Assembly: GCA_004764695.1 (NCBI GenBank)
Contig: SMSO01000032.1
Span: 3,124,725 to 3,188,724, forward strand
Origin: Schizochytrium sp. TIO01
Taxonomy: Eukaryota; Protista; Bigyra: Labyrinthulomycetes
Direction: 5' to 3'
DNA length: 64,000 nucleotides
The position numbers were made by a program, and so were the translations under genes. This document shows positions 1 through 13,211 of this stretch, one piece after another (the first letter of the stretch is position 1; every line of letters starts with the position of its first letter). The notes under the pieces were generated by a model. The model saw only the letters and a program-made list of their open reading frames with translations, did no database searches and was not told the origin of the DNA.

Positions 1-264
1 GATTTGAACAAACTATCCAAGGATTTGCGGAAGTATTTTGAACGTCAAGATATCTTCGAAGAAAAGGTACACAATCTCTTGCAGCTCGTATTGACTATTG
101 ATGACCCTGACGATCCAGAAATTTTGCACGTGCGAATCAATCTCGAAGCAGAAAAGCTGAACATGACGAAATCTCGAAAGTTGCTGCTTCGAAGACTTCA
201 TGAGTTGCGTCGCGTCTATGACGAGGTCGAAGGTACTTCTACGGCATTTGCGGGGATCGTTTGA
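1..264 (+). CDS. 3' end of a hypothetical protein (coiled-coil-like), truncated by the window edge
   Basis: Frame is open from base 1 to TGA at 262-264 with coding-like composition. It overlaps the 3' end of the convergent RRP46-like CDS by 49 bp. Confidence 0.5.
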   Translation, partial: DLNKLSKDLRKYFERQDIFEEKVHNLLQLVLTIDDPDDPEILHVRINLEAEKLNMTKSRKLLLRRLHELRRVYDEVEGTSTAFAGIV

Positions 265-995
265 ATTCGCTGCTGAGCATTTGCGGTAAATGAAAGTCGC
301 AGAAAAGCACGAGCTGCGCGTGCGCCTCGCGTGCAACTGTCCATTGCATCCTGAAGAGTATCTTTGTCAAGGGGGCCATCGGTTGTTAGTGCTGCAGCGT
401 CACCAGATACGTCATCCAAAGTGCAAAGAAAAACTTGGGCCAGAGTCGAACCTGAAGACTCTTCCTCGCGTGTGGGATCAAGTATGATTGATCCTGAGCT
501 TTGCACAGCACAACTTGCAGCCGAAGGGACTGCAATCATCTCGATGCCAGCATCAAGTAAGGCAGCTGAGGCTGCGACTACAGCACAAGACAACACTGCA
601 CCTCCATCATTAACAACTTGAATTGTGATTTTGATCAATTTTCGTGGGAAAGCCCGCACTTGAACACATTGCTCTAAAATACCAACGAGAATATCCTCGG
701 CTTCGCGTCGGCGACTCGAAAGAGCACTGCTCTCATTGTCAAGGTTAGGCGCAGCTGCAGCTTCTTCCAGCTCGTCAGAGCGTTGACTCCAGTGAACCTC
801 AACTTGAATTCTAGCTCTCTCGGAGAGCTCAAGGCGAGTCTGTTGTTCTGCCACAGGACCATACACACTGGCTAAAACAGCAGTCCCCCCTGCTTCAAGT
901 CTGCATGAACCGTGAGCCCGTTTCAGTACACCACATGATGCGCTTAATGGGCGGAGCTCAGTTGCTGACCGTCCGTCGCTTCGCAAGCTCGTCAT
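216..995 (-). CDS. RRP46: RNA exosome RNase PH-like subunit, RRP46/EXOSC5-like
   Basis: 259 aa. RSDGR..ELRPL, AHGSC...GGTAVLASVYGP, FPR..I.I.IQV..DGG, AALLDAGI and DPT.EEE motifs of the RNase PH exosome family. RRP46 versus RRP41 was judged by eye. Confidence 0.8.
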   Translation of the reverse strand: MTSLRSDGRSATELRPLSASCGVLKRAHGSCRLEAGGTAVLASVYGPVAEQQTRLELSERARIQVEVHWSQRSDELEEAAAAPNLDNESSALSSRRREAEDILVGILEQCVQVRAFPRKLIKITIQVVNDGGAVLSCAVVAASAALLDAGIEMIAVPSAASCAVQSSGSIILDPTREEESSGSTLAQVFLCTLDDVSGDAAALTTDGPLDKDTLQDAMDSCTRGARAARAFLRLSFTANAQQRIQTIPANAVEVPSTSS

Positions 996-3900
996 GACTC
1001 TCTTTTGCTGCTACTACAATTGAAAACTCCCTAGGTTCGAATAATAAACAGGCGGTAGAGGCCGACAACGTGTTGTACTTGATGCGTTTCTGGATGCTCC
1101 CTTGGGAACTGACTTCCCTCCAACCATGCGATTCTGTGGATTGTTGTTGACAACACTACAGACCAACCACGTCTACTTTTGTATTATCCTTTTAACTAGT
1201 GATATACTATATATAGTGACTAGATAGGAGTATATCTAGGTCGCTAGGTTAATGGGAAATAAGAAACAAAATTAGAAGGTAGGTACCCGAAACATGTACG
1301 ACCTACCACACCTAGTTGCTAGACAATCTTGCAAATGAATAGATTTGTCTTGGTAAAATCAAAGCTTCAGGCGTTCTTCGAATCTTGATAGGGAGTGGCA
1401 ATATATGATTATTAAATGCTGCGTTTCTTTAGAATTTACTTTTGCTTGACTAATATACCTTCAAAAGCTAATATTTTATTACTACTGATAGAGTGAATGA
1501 TGTTGATTGTAAAAAGGTAAGTCACAGACAGGAATAAGCAGGTAGCAATTTGAGAAAATACGAAAGCGTAAACAATTCACATGCGTGGATTCTCTGGTGT
1601 GTTACTCTGCGAGATGGTGATGCTAAGTACAGTTAAAGTTGATAATGAGACCAGCCTTGTGCACAGCCTTAGAATAATCAAATATTCGTGTATTTTTGTT
1701 TTTTTAAAGAGTAATTTTAAAGAGTTGTTTAAGTCGTTGATGAATATGCTTAGTTTTAGTTTTAGTGTTCAAATTTCTCGCCTCGTACTCAAAGTCTCCT
1801 TTTGCAAATTTATATTTTATTATTTTTTAAAGAATCACGAGCAGGCCAAGATAAGTCTTTTGAACTACTTACTATCCAGGGGTCAGAGAAACAAACAAAG
1901 AATCAATACACATTCCAATGATGACATTTTGCATGTTTGAAAGGGAAGAATCTAGAATTAAATTTCCATTTTCTTTTTGATTGATGACGTATTTCCTTCA
2001 AACCCATCATGCTTCTACTGGTGAAAGCATAAGTACGAACTATGGTGGCCTAGGTCACCCCCACTTCCTCCAACTTCTACTTCACCATCAAGGTGCTGGT
2101 TCGAAATTAATTTTCATTAATGCTCCAATTAAAAAAAATCCAGCTTGGGACCTGGGAAGCAATACTTTGCTGACTCGGAAGCAGAATTGACCACCATAAG
2201 GGTATCTGCACCATTTGAAAACAGCTAAACCCCAAGACCTCTTTCAGATACAAATAGACCCCTCATTGAAAGGATATACTAGACTATCCAAAGTCTTAAA
2301 AAGGCCCCGGTAATGAACGTATCAGTAATTTAGGAATAAATCTACAGCTGGCAAAATATTTCGCGTACTTATTCACATGTGAACTTATTCTTGTTAGAAG
2401 TAAAAAGAATTATGTCTTTTTCAAAATTTATATTTTCCGTGGATGTGGATCTGGACCGAAAGTGGGAGAATGCATGAAAAGAAGCGTAACAGGATTTGGA
2501 GAGCTCTATCGGAGTTAACCTACTTCTGACAAGTAAAGGCGTTGTGGTAGAAGTCACATATGGGTTGCAGTCTTTGTCGTTATATTAATACCTTCACCGA
2601 AAGGAGAGAATGCGTGCAAAAAGCGCTGGTGTTTTGACTTGACTAACAGAATTAATATGACTCACTTCTGAGTAGTGCAACTGTGGAAAAAATAAAAATA
2701 TGGTCTTGGTTGATACTCGCGCTTACCATTCTGTGCATCTTAAATAAAAGCTAAGAAAGTGACAATTATAATACTTGATCGCTCTGAGGCTTCTGATCTA
2801 AAAAAAGATAAGAAAAAGAAAGAAAAAAAAGACTCAGAGTAAGAGCACTTATCCCTGTCAATACTTTTACTTCCATCGTGACCTGGACTCCAGGTTTCTG
2901 TACCTATGAAAACATTAAAGCTTGTACAACATCCGAATAGTAGTGACTATTTCATATAAATGATATGCTCTAATAATTTAAGAAGTGGAGGTTGGGTAAG
3001 AAACTGGAATGGCGAAGGAACCACCAAGCTCCAAACAAACACTACAACCAAACCTTCAATCCAAATTATCAAAAAGCCTCAACCAGAAGTTTGGCGTCCC
3101 AACAAGTGCCCTTCTGCTTCTTCTCCTCAGCCAATCACACATTCGCAAGTGATAACGCTAAGCGCATCTATAGTTGTGGTCTGCTCCGGCGGCCGCGAGC
3201 AGACGATACCATTTTCTACGCCAGATCCTCCGCCCAACAAAAAGAGAATTCCAAATGCTGGATTGGTGACCTCCAGCTTGTCTATCCAGACGCTCCCGCC
3301 GTCAACAAAGACATCGTTAAAGGGGCCAACCTCGACAGACTGGGCTTGGGCGCCCTACTGCACTACCAAGATTCACCGCAAGCGTGCACTTTGGCTCTGG
3401 GAAAACTACCGTGTTATCCTTTGCGTCAATTTGAAAACTTAACAAGAGAAAAAAAAGGGATCAAAATCAAGACAGCTCGAAGGATGTGTCGTTCGTTGGC
3501 TTCCGACAAACGCCTATTCACAAAGACGCTGCCAGTGGTGTAAACTGGTTATTTGCCGAGAGTATTGCACTCCAACCATGCAATGAATGTACCATCCACG
3601 AAAAGATCGGGACATCCAAGGTTTTCAGACGCCCCCCCCCCCAAAGATGCAAACTTGTAGTTTACCATGCCGCCATAGGCATCCTTTTGCACTACATATT
3701 CAAAGATTTGATTTAGAAGCTGTCTTTGAACCTTACTTTGTCCATAGGAAATGCAGGTTTTACAAATTTTATAGGTCAAATTCTAAGTATCTAATTAGTG
3801 GGTAACTAGTGGTGGTACCACTACTAGCTAAGTTAAAACCAATACTCATTGTGATAATGAGGTACTATTACTGGCTATATATGTAGGTAGCCCCCCCTTG

Positions 3901-4527
3901 AGAGGTCTTGGTTATAGTATTTTCTTTTTACATATAGACTATGTAATCTGCGTACCTGATAGTAGCTTTTAGGCTAATCGAAAGATAAATTTATATTTTC
4001 ATACCTTCATATCGCTGAGATGGTATAGTAATGAGCATGAAGGTTTTAACTCATTCCCTCGGAAGACAGGTGAGAGTACTTTTGCTATCAGTATCTAAAC
4101 TTGAGCATGAAGATTTGAAGTAGGTACCTAGGGAGTAGTACGTTGTTCTAGGCAGCGTTTTAGGACTCAAAGTTTTGTCTTCGTGCTCCATAAAGAGACC
4201 TGAAGATTAAGATTCTCAGTAAAAGGAGGCTCTGTTTAGAAGCTTGCTATCTTGGACTAAGTAGTATCTATTATAAAAAGAAGAGCTTTTTAGTCAAAGG
4301 TATTAGTACTACTATAGGGCTTTTTCTAAGTGCAGTAGTTTAATAGGAAGGAATTTATCTTAGTACCACATTAGTAGTAGAGTAGATGTCGGGGTGGGGA
4401 AGGCAGAGGGAAGGCAGCGAATCCAGCTTGGAAAGGGGACGGGAAAAACTAAGCAACGACGAGGGCAGCTGCAAACCAAGAACCTCTTGAGGCAGATCAA
4501 AAAGCAAGAACTTGGATTCCTTTGAAG

Positions 4528-5162
4528 ATGTTGAGCGTGTGTGCCATTCGTAGCCGCCTGGCTCCTGCTGTACGACCTGCAGTATCCCAGAGCCCGCTCT
4601 CATGGAAGTGGTTTTCCACGGAGTCTGCGACAGATAGCGCAGAGACCGAAGTCAAGACCAGAAAAAAGCGGGCCAAGGCTCCCAAGGGCACGACAAAGCA
4701 GGGTGCTGCGATCAATACCATCCTTTACAAGATTGACCCTGCCTTAGAGGGCGTCATTGGCACCAAGCAAACCACTCGCGCTGATGCTATGAAGCTGATG
4801 TAAGTTATTTATAAGGAACGACCAACGTTAATGCCAATTATGAAGATGAAGCCTTATTTACTCAAACAAGGAAACGTTAACAAATTCCTTGTTGGGCTAT
4901 GCTCTAGTGCTGTAAGGGCTTCTGTAGGTCAGTTTAGAGTGCGTCACAAGATTAGCTAACGATATCTATGATTACTTTAATGTTAAAACACAGCTGGAAA
5001 TACATCAACGAGGGCGACTTTAAAGACCCCGAGCGCAAGTCCTTCATCAGACTCACTGACCCCAAGCTTGCCAAGGTCGCCAGTGGAATTACGGCACAGA
5101 AGGATGTCATGAAGCATACCGAGGTTATGAAGGTTCTGAGCAAGCACATGACTAAGGTCTGA
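4528..5162 (+). CDS. SWIB/MDM2-domain small protein with probable mitochondrial targeting peptide; 2 exons (4528-4799, 4994-5162)
   Basis: GTAAG donor at 4800 and CAG acceptor ending at 4993 join in frame to give TRADAMKLIWKYINEGDFKDPERKSFI...VLSKHM, the SWIB consensus. The N-terminus is Arg/Ser/Ala-rich. Confidence 0.8.
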
Positions 5163-6725
5163 GCAATTGATAACATTTTCTAGGTCTGTCCCAGCCGCGT
5201 CATGTCTGCATGTGTTTGATTTAACAAGCATGAGGACAGTGACTAACTTCAATCTTTTATCATGGTGACTGTTAGTCTGTGAAACGTGGTCGTGCAGCTA
5301 CAACAGTCGATCGTCTAGATTCAACATTGAGCGGTAGTTTGTTCACGTCAACCGACTAATACGCTGCTCTAGCTATTTTACATCATCTGAATAAAACATT
5401 TCGAATAATTAATTGAACAAAGTGCGACCTGCTAGAGAGAGAAGCTGCATGTTTACTTCACCAATTGCACCTGCAACAAAGTGTATGATATGTGAAAATT
5501 TATGTATGCTGAGACATGAGTCCACTCCACATGTGTCCTTTCTTATTGCTTGAGCTTCGATTTATGTATTATTGTTATCTGTCAAAGTATGATAGAATGA
5601 AACAAAACGAAACTTGCCTTGAAACTCTGTTTCTCTGTTACCCACTGTAATTTTCATTTCTATTAGGCAGAAACTGTTGAAGATTCCAGTCTGAGCAGCT
5701 AAGAAGCTGACCTTTTAAATAAAGGCCGAGAGCTTGAAGAGAACGTAGAGTTGATGATTAGTAATACTGATCTACCGACTCAGGGAATGAGTTTCAAGAT
5801 AGATTGATCTATATAAAACGACTAGACTGACGCAACTATGATTTTTATAAGGAGGGCTGAAGAAATTTGGTTCTGCTGCCTCGTCAAGCATCTAATTAGA
5901 TTTTTCTTACCCATCTTCTATAGAGTATGTACAATTGATTCTGGACTTCTTGACTTCGCAATCCTTTATTTGATTCTTCTAGTTCTATGCCTAGCCCTTC
6001 AGGACTCACAAAGGTGCTCCAAAGGCTCTAAAGATGATTTGTCAATACGATCCTTCAAGTGATGTTCCCAACTTAAAGTAGAAGAATTTTCGTATTTCCC
6101 TGTCCTTCGTTTATACGAAGGATAAAGAAATTGGTTACTTTAGAGATAATGAAAGTACTTTTAGATTCAAACACTAAACCCGTTACAAATTATGCAAATC
6201 AGAGCCGTTTTAATGAAAACCAGAGCGAAATGTTCAATCAAATCATTTATACTAAACTCGGCATTTTGCCTTTTTTTCACGGTCAACGATTGGAAACATG
6301 ATGTTGGTAATGTAATTTGTGAAGATCACTTATTTTTAAAGATTCTTTTGATTCAGTTCTTTTGGAAGAGAATATATTTCGAGGACAATTTTCGCACAGG
6401 AGGTGCTTATTCGTTTCCTTGATGAAGTTATTTGGAACATACACATCAATGCCATAAATTACTGCTGTAAACGCTCTAAGTTTTCAAACACTGAGATGAG
6501 TTTAAACGACATAAAGGCATGCCATTAGTAAAATGATGATATAATCTAAAAGAAGAATATAATTTGTTTCCTTTGCAAAAAGTGAAAGTATTAAGAATTT
6601 TCAAGTATGAATCTACGCAACCTTGCTAGAGATGCCAAAAGTGGCGCTGGCGCTGCATTCGGACGATGGATATAGTGATAACGAAGGGGTCCCTATTGTT
6701 TATGTTCGCACCAAACTTTTCATGT

Positions 6726-8024
6726 TTAGTTATCATCGTCGCCCTGATCTTCGTATTGGGTACGAAGACGATCCACAGGACCCTCCAAGGCAAGAATTTC
6801 TTTGTTTTCCGGGGCGAGGTCAAACTCAAACATGAAAAACATAAAGTGCTTGAAGCAGGTGTTGAGGTGAGCTGCGGCACCAAGGTCTTCGATCACCGTG
6901 AAGTGCTGGTGGTATAAGATGGCAAAAATACGGAACATCTTCTTGAAAATATCCAAGATGTAGTCACGGAAATCATCCGGGAAGGGTTGGGCCTCGGACA
7001 CGGGGAATATCTCCTCATTGTCAATTTGATCCTCGATCCATGTCATCACATAGTCAACATATTCTGGAGAGGAGACGCGCAGAGCTTTCTTGGTAGCACT
7101 GTCGGCCCAGCGGTACTCAAAGTTTGGCGGGAAACCTTCGCCAGGCTTGGTGAAGCGCTTGGCGTCATCTGCTGCAAGGCCGTAAAGAAGAGACAATTCA
7201 TTGTAAAAGTCTACGGTGTTTGCAGCAATCCACTCATTGACGTCTTCGCCTTCAGGCACCTTGACAGCTGCGCGAAGGTTTCCACTGCCCAAAGTACGCT
7301 TGGTGTAGTTGGAGAGGGTTGCACGGCGGTCCGTCTGCAGACATAATTACATTATTTGGGTTGTACAGTCAAGATGGGCACTAGTCGTTAGTCAATGTGT
7401 TGTTATTCTGAGATTGGAGTTCGGTTTAGGCATTCGAACACCCAGTGCGCAGATGCGCAGCGTTTGGTTTTGAGGAAGAAAAAATCAAAAAATCAAAGAA
7501 GACAGTAAGACCGACAAGTTTTGTCAAGTTCATCCATGCAACGTACCGCTTGGCTCTTGACGGGTTTGAGCGTGCTCTTACCAGTCCTGTGCAATCTCAT
7601 TTGTATAGAGCAAGGCAAGAAAGGTTGCGTTAGTTAATCTTGATGCTATATGCTCTGCACACCGCTTTGCATTTTACTTTAAATGCCAGGCTAGGTCAAT
7701 CATTTCTTTTTTCTAGCACGCGCAGCCCAGTGATACTGCTATCGTTTGTCGACTTAGCCTGTAGTTTTTGCGTTGCGAAAGGCTTGCATGTGATTTGCTG
7801 GCAAGCTGAGAGCTGTATGACTGTCTGCTGGGTGGGCTTTTCAAACAAGGTTTTGCACGCGCTCAGATAAGAGAAAAGGCACGTAGCACATGTATCAGAC
7901 TAAAACTTGGTGCATAGTCACTCTCTGCTGCGCGCCTACGCCGAAGTGCAAGAGGACTCGTGGGGCTTGCGAGCATGCCCGAACTATCGCTGCTGACGAC
8001 TTACGACTTCTTGAAGAGAGACAT
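6726..8024 (-). CDS. MOB1: MOB kinase activator (Mob1/phocein family); 3 exons (8005-8024, 7547-7586, 6726-7334)
   Basis: TLGSGNLR.AVK.PEGED.NEWIA.NTVDFYN and HLNTCFKHF motifs. The GT-AG exons join in frame to MSLFKKSTGKSTLKPVKSQATDRRATLSNYTKRTLGSG. Confidence 0.92.
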
Positions 8025-9261
8025 TGTGGTTGCCGACACAGGAATATAACCAGGTGAGCTCTACGATAAGGGTCTGTTTGTATGCTTATTTTCTTGATTA
8101 TGTAATGTGTGTTATTTTACTTTTTCATAACACGGACCACTATTAGCCCAGGTATAGCTAACTCTACAGTATAATTTTACTTATAAAATGCTTTTATATA
8201 GCTGGGCACTAGGTATCTTATCTATTACTCATAGAATAAACCCATTGCCATATTAGAAGGTACCTACCTACCTACCTACTACTAGTACCAGCACCTTTTT
8301 AATAAATATTATACTTTCTTCGAAAGGTCTGAGCATGGCACTTTATGGTCTCACTAGTTAAGAGGCAGGGAGTAATTTGGAGCTTAAGCCAAAGCAACTT
8401 GAGGCACTTGTGGAACTATTTATTACTTTGAGTGGCAAGTAGGGGCCTATAATTTGAACTTTAAGAGAACAAGCAAAAGATATGCGTTAAGAAAATGTTT
8501 TTGGGGGCATTTCAATATGCTTATGTTCTATTATAAATAAACAAATATGAGACTTTTTTCTTTTTCTTTTCTTTTTAAAGTAAAAAAAAGGGGGAAGGAA
8601 AAGAGCGCGTGCACACGTTTACACTGAGGCAGTCGTGCTGACACAGCGGCACACTCTTTCCCTCCCTCCTTTCGAGTTGAGTGAATAATTCCTATTACAC
8701 ATTCTGTACTTCAATGTGGACAATCTCTTGGAATCAACATTTCACATTAATGCTATCCTGATGCTATCCTGATGCAAAAAAAGGCATTCATCTATGTTTA
8801 TGAGAAGGTTCGAATTTCAGTAGAAACTAAAGGAAGCCGCAGATATAGAAAGGCACTTGCAAAGTCTAGTAGCACCCAAGGGCTTGTGTATAACTCAAAA
8901 ATTGGCTATTCCCTCTCATAGCATTCTTAGAGATAGTTTTTTATTTTAATTTTTATTTTTAATTTTTTTAATAAAGATAAATTAAAATCATCTTCTATAA
9001 TCTATAAGAACTAACTGAGATAGCAAATACCATTTCTTAGTGAAGTTACTACACAGCACATACCTTCTTCATTAGGTAGGAAGGTTGGAGACGATCAGCA
9101 CTGCAAGTCCACAAAGATACCTAGCCTGGGAAACACATTCCAAACAAGCATAAATCATCTTGGGCCATCATTTTGAAGTTCAACGTTGCAGCTTGCCAGT
9201 GAGGGCCTAGTTACCCACCTAGTTCTCAAGTTGTAACGTATTGTGGGACGGTGCCCACGTC

Positions 9262-9340
9262 AGTGAGAGAGCGAGCGAGTGAGAGAACGAGTGAGCGAGT
9301 AAGTGAGAGAGGGAGTAAGTGAGTGAGAGGGAGTACGTGT
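9262..9340 (+). repeat. Degenerate (GAGT/GAGC/GA)n purine-rich microsatellite
   Basis: gagagagcgagcgagtgagagaacgagtgagcgagtaagtgagagaggg. Confidence 0.6.
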
Positions 9341-10545
9341 GTGCAGAAGCATGTGTGCGGTTGCACAGAAAGAGTCTCAGAAAGCACCTATCATCAATTG
9401 AAGAATAATGCTCCTTGGAGACTCAGAAGGCACAGGGCATCTTCTGCCGTGTGCAGGGGTGTGTATCAGTGTGCTAACAGTACCTAATTTAATGAGGAGA
9501 AAAACAAGTGTGCGTGCATAAGGGATGTAAGGACGTTGAAGCTAACTGAAGAACTTAAAAGCCAAGTTGACAAGATCTACTTTGTATTGCCTATTTTCTT
9601 CTTCTTGTTGTTGTTGAATAAGTTTATGTACCCTGTTAACACTAAAATTAACTTGTGGCTATTGACTCTTGCTCCAGTGTTTCTTGGGTTCTAGATTTAA
9701 AGAAAGAAAGCAAAGACATGCGACTTATTGCGAAATCTCAAGACTGATTTACTCATGCGCATCATTCGTCGTCCTCCAAATCTCAATAAGATATAGGAAG
9801 CGCCGTCAAATTTTCTTCAAGGTGAGGAGATCGTATCTAGGCTGGCAGGGAAAGAATAAAATAAACTTCTTCTTTTTGTAAAATAAGATACCCGGAACTA
9901 TGCTGAAGACGCTGTTAATATTACTCAGAATAGGTCTACTAGGGGTGGGTAGAATTTTCAAAAGTTTCAAGGGAATTTCTCAGAAGTAATTGCTTTAGCT
10001 TGAGTTTTCACCCTAGCTAAAAGATTTGAACTCATTACCTCTGACTAGTCAAAGTGGCAGTCTCTGGCGTCTTCACAATGATGTCTGCACACAAGCTCTC
10101 AGTTCTACAGAGCAAACTCCCAAATTAGACAAGAACCACCATGTCGTTTAGGATAAGAAACAAAGCCCATCCTTAAATCTCATAAGTACCTAGTGCTGTA
10201 TGCAGGTACTAGGTAATCTATTCACTGTTCTGTTTTCTATAAAATGAGAACTTGCTCGTTTCGAGTTTGACGGCAGGTAGAGCCAAATACCAAAAATGCA
10301 TTGCTGCTTATTCTATTTTCTTCCTTTTATATAAAAGGCAAACTCAAAAATGCTTCAAATTGTCGCCTTTGCGATACACTGGTGTGTCAGTCAAATCTAT
10401 TCTCCTTATGCATGCAAGCACTCCAATGTAACTCAAGGTATCTCATGTGATAAATGACACCAAGTCTTAAAGGCGTTTTGTAGCCCACTGAAAATAAAAA
10501 TAAAAATATGCATTATTTGCAAAGTGCCAATGAGGTCAGAAAGTG

Positions 10546-10617
10546 CATTGAGCGATTGTTTTGGCTTGAGTTTTTACCCAAGCTAAAAGATTTTAACCCA
10601 ATACCTCTCACTAGCGG
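10546..10617 (+). repeat. Member of a short dispersed intergenic repeat family (other copies ~9989, ~11219, ~11733, ~27773, ~33417)
   Basis: Shared core ATTGTTTTGGCTTGAGTTTTTACCCAAGCTAAAAGATTTTAAC...CCTCT.ACTAG, found in at least 6 degenerate copies. Confidence 0.7.
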
Positions 10618-12091
10618 GGGTGTTGCAATTGGAGGGAAAGTCAGTCACGTTATGTCAAAACCAAATTTGAAATACGAAGGCCTTTCACAAAATGGACAAA
10701 CAGAACTGGGTTAATACTGTTGCAGACTAAACAATTGTTGGGATGTTAATGTGATAATTTCGGAGTTGATTTTTTCGCTGAAGTCCTCCTACTTTCCGCA
10801 AATTTTATTTTGGATAAATTTTGAAAGTCAACTCAAGTAAGAATATGCGGCATATGATTGAAACTTCGAATTGCGCCGAGCTTTGTTGCGATACAAATTG
10901 TATTCGCTTTTTACGTTCAGTATATCTATTTCTTTCATGAACTCTACCCTCTTCAATTATTTGTAATGAATTTCTACATATAACTTATTTTGGAACCAAA
11001 CCTGGGTCGTTCTGAAGAAAGAGTAGTCTAAGTAGTCTAAACAATTAAGGAGTCGGTATCAAGAACTCTACATCAAATCAGCTTGAAATATTGTTGAAAG
11101 AGAGCTTCAACTATTTTCCAGCCGAGTTCCCCTTAGTGAGTCTTCTTTTCGAAAATCAAAACTAACGAAGAAATCCTATGGTACCAAAGGTAGATACACA
11201 GATCGGATTAACGTTATGTGAGTGATTGTTTTGGCGTCAGTTTTTACCCAAATTAAAAGACTTTAATGAGTTGCCTCTAACTAGTGAGAGTGGATATAAT
11301 TATTTGTGAGCAATTGTTTCGACTGGAGTTTCCATCACTGATCTGTGTTGCTATGGATATTTTCAACAGAAGTTAGAGGCTCACCTTTTTAATCGACTGA
11401 AAACCCCAGTATCAACATATATAGGCCTGGCAATAAAATGATTTTACGGGACTCGAGTCCTGGGGTAAATTTGAACTATTCACTAACTAGTTCGGAAGCT
11501 ACATAGTAGCGCCCAAATAGATCTCATGAGTGTTTAAAGTCTGCTACTCGTAGTAACGCGCCTAGCAAAAGTGGTCCCTCTAAGTGATAGTAGGTTCATT
11601 GCTCAGGCTTGAGGAAAAACTATTTCTAACTTATAATACTCGGTAGGTACTATCATTTAATACGAGGGCTTGCTGCTCATCAGGGGGGTACATAGGTTGT
11701 AAGTACCCTACAATCTAATACGGTAAAGACTCATTGATTAATTGTTTTCGCTTGAGTTTCTACCCAAGAGATTTTAACTTGCCCAGTAGGTCGGTCCACA
11801 AATAGCATTTTAATACACTTTCCACTACACACTATTAGTACTTTTCGATCTATCATCCTAATTACTCTATACACGAACACGCAGTAGGTCCTAGTACTAT
11901 TCCAACATACTACGTATATCTATTTATCTTCCTTGTCACTCCGTACATGTACCTAGCTAGGTAGTACTAATAATACTTTACCAAACTTCAAAGATAGTTT
12001 TCAATTCCAGGTCAGGTCGGGTCGTGTTTCAGTATTTCAAGACAATCAAGCAACCAGAGTGGCCATTTGTGGCACTAGTCAATCATTGAAC

Positions 12092-13211
12092 ATGCGTCAG
12101 CGCAGTAGAGCTTCTGCACCAATCACCCCTACGCCAGTACCGCAACATTTTGCTTCTCATCACGCAAAACCAAACCTCTTACTGCCTTCCAAGGTACTTG
12201 GTGCACTTGCTGTCGGTCTGCTTGTGTTGCTCGTGCTTTTTGGACGTGCTGGCGATCCTGAAGACATAACGCTAAGTAGTACCGTATCTGGAGACGCAGA
12301 ATATGTTGCAGAAAGCGACAATAAGGCCAAGGATGGCGCTACTGAGAAGTCATCAAGCTTTGTTATAGCTGGATATGTACCGGATTACCGTCTCGACCAT
12401 GTCATTGAAAACATGAAATCCCTTGAAGGGATTGTAACTGATCTAATTCTGTTCTCTGCAACCCTGAAAGGAAATATGCTAGATGTGAGCCTGATAGGCG
12501 AGACCCGTCTGCGCGAAGCTATCGTCCAAGCTCGAAAGCATCACATTCCGCGCGTATTATTAACAGTTGGCGGTGCTGGGCGCTCAGCTGGGTTTGCGCA
12601 GCTCGCAAGCCAACCTAAAGAACGTGCAAAGTTTGCACTCATGACTGCTGACCTGCTCGAGATGTATGGCCTCGATGGCTTAGATGTTGATTGGGAAGCA
12701 CCTTCGAACGATGCTGAGGTTAATTTCTATATTGATCTGCTCGCCTCCCTCAAAGCGGTATTCTCCCATCGTAAGCTCATACTCAGTGTCACCACTCATT
12801 TCTGGGACCAGATGGGGTCGCGCGGATACAACTTAGTAGACCGCGTAATGCTTATGGCATATGACCTTGGTCCTCAGCATGCCCGGATGCAGGATACCAA
12901 AAAAGCTGTTAGCATGTTGGTTCCAACGCGGCCTCGATCCGGCTGGGAAGCTAGTTCTTGGAATCCCTGCTTACGGTCGACGCATAGAAAGTCCCCATGA
13001 AGTCATCACATACGCAGATCTTATTCGCAATCACGGGGTTAAAGCTGCGGACGTAGACGAATATGCAGGCTGGTCTTACAATGGGTTGAGAACAGTACGA
13101 GAGAAGAAGAGGTGGGCAAATGATGCCCAATTTGCCGGCATTTTCTTGTGGGAGGTTGGACAGGACAGTCTTCAGCACCCATCCAAATCCCTTTTGTCTG
13201 CAATGGGCTGA
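12092..13211 (+). CDS. GH18 chitinase-like glycoside hydrolase with N-terminal membrane anchor; +1 frameshift near 12923 (sequencing error or pseudogene)
   Basis: IAGY, LLTVGG, catalytic DGLDVDWE, MLMAYD in the first frame. KLVLGIPAYGR and AGIFLWEVGQD continue in the next frame. Removing one C in GTTCCAACGC restores a single ORF. Confidence 0.85.

Noticed and set aside
2960-3805. Overlapping ORFs with Cys-rich fragments (CQWC...CREYC), a possible decayed zinc-finger gene
   Set aside because: No continuous frame or recognisable family; too weak to call.
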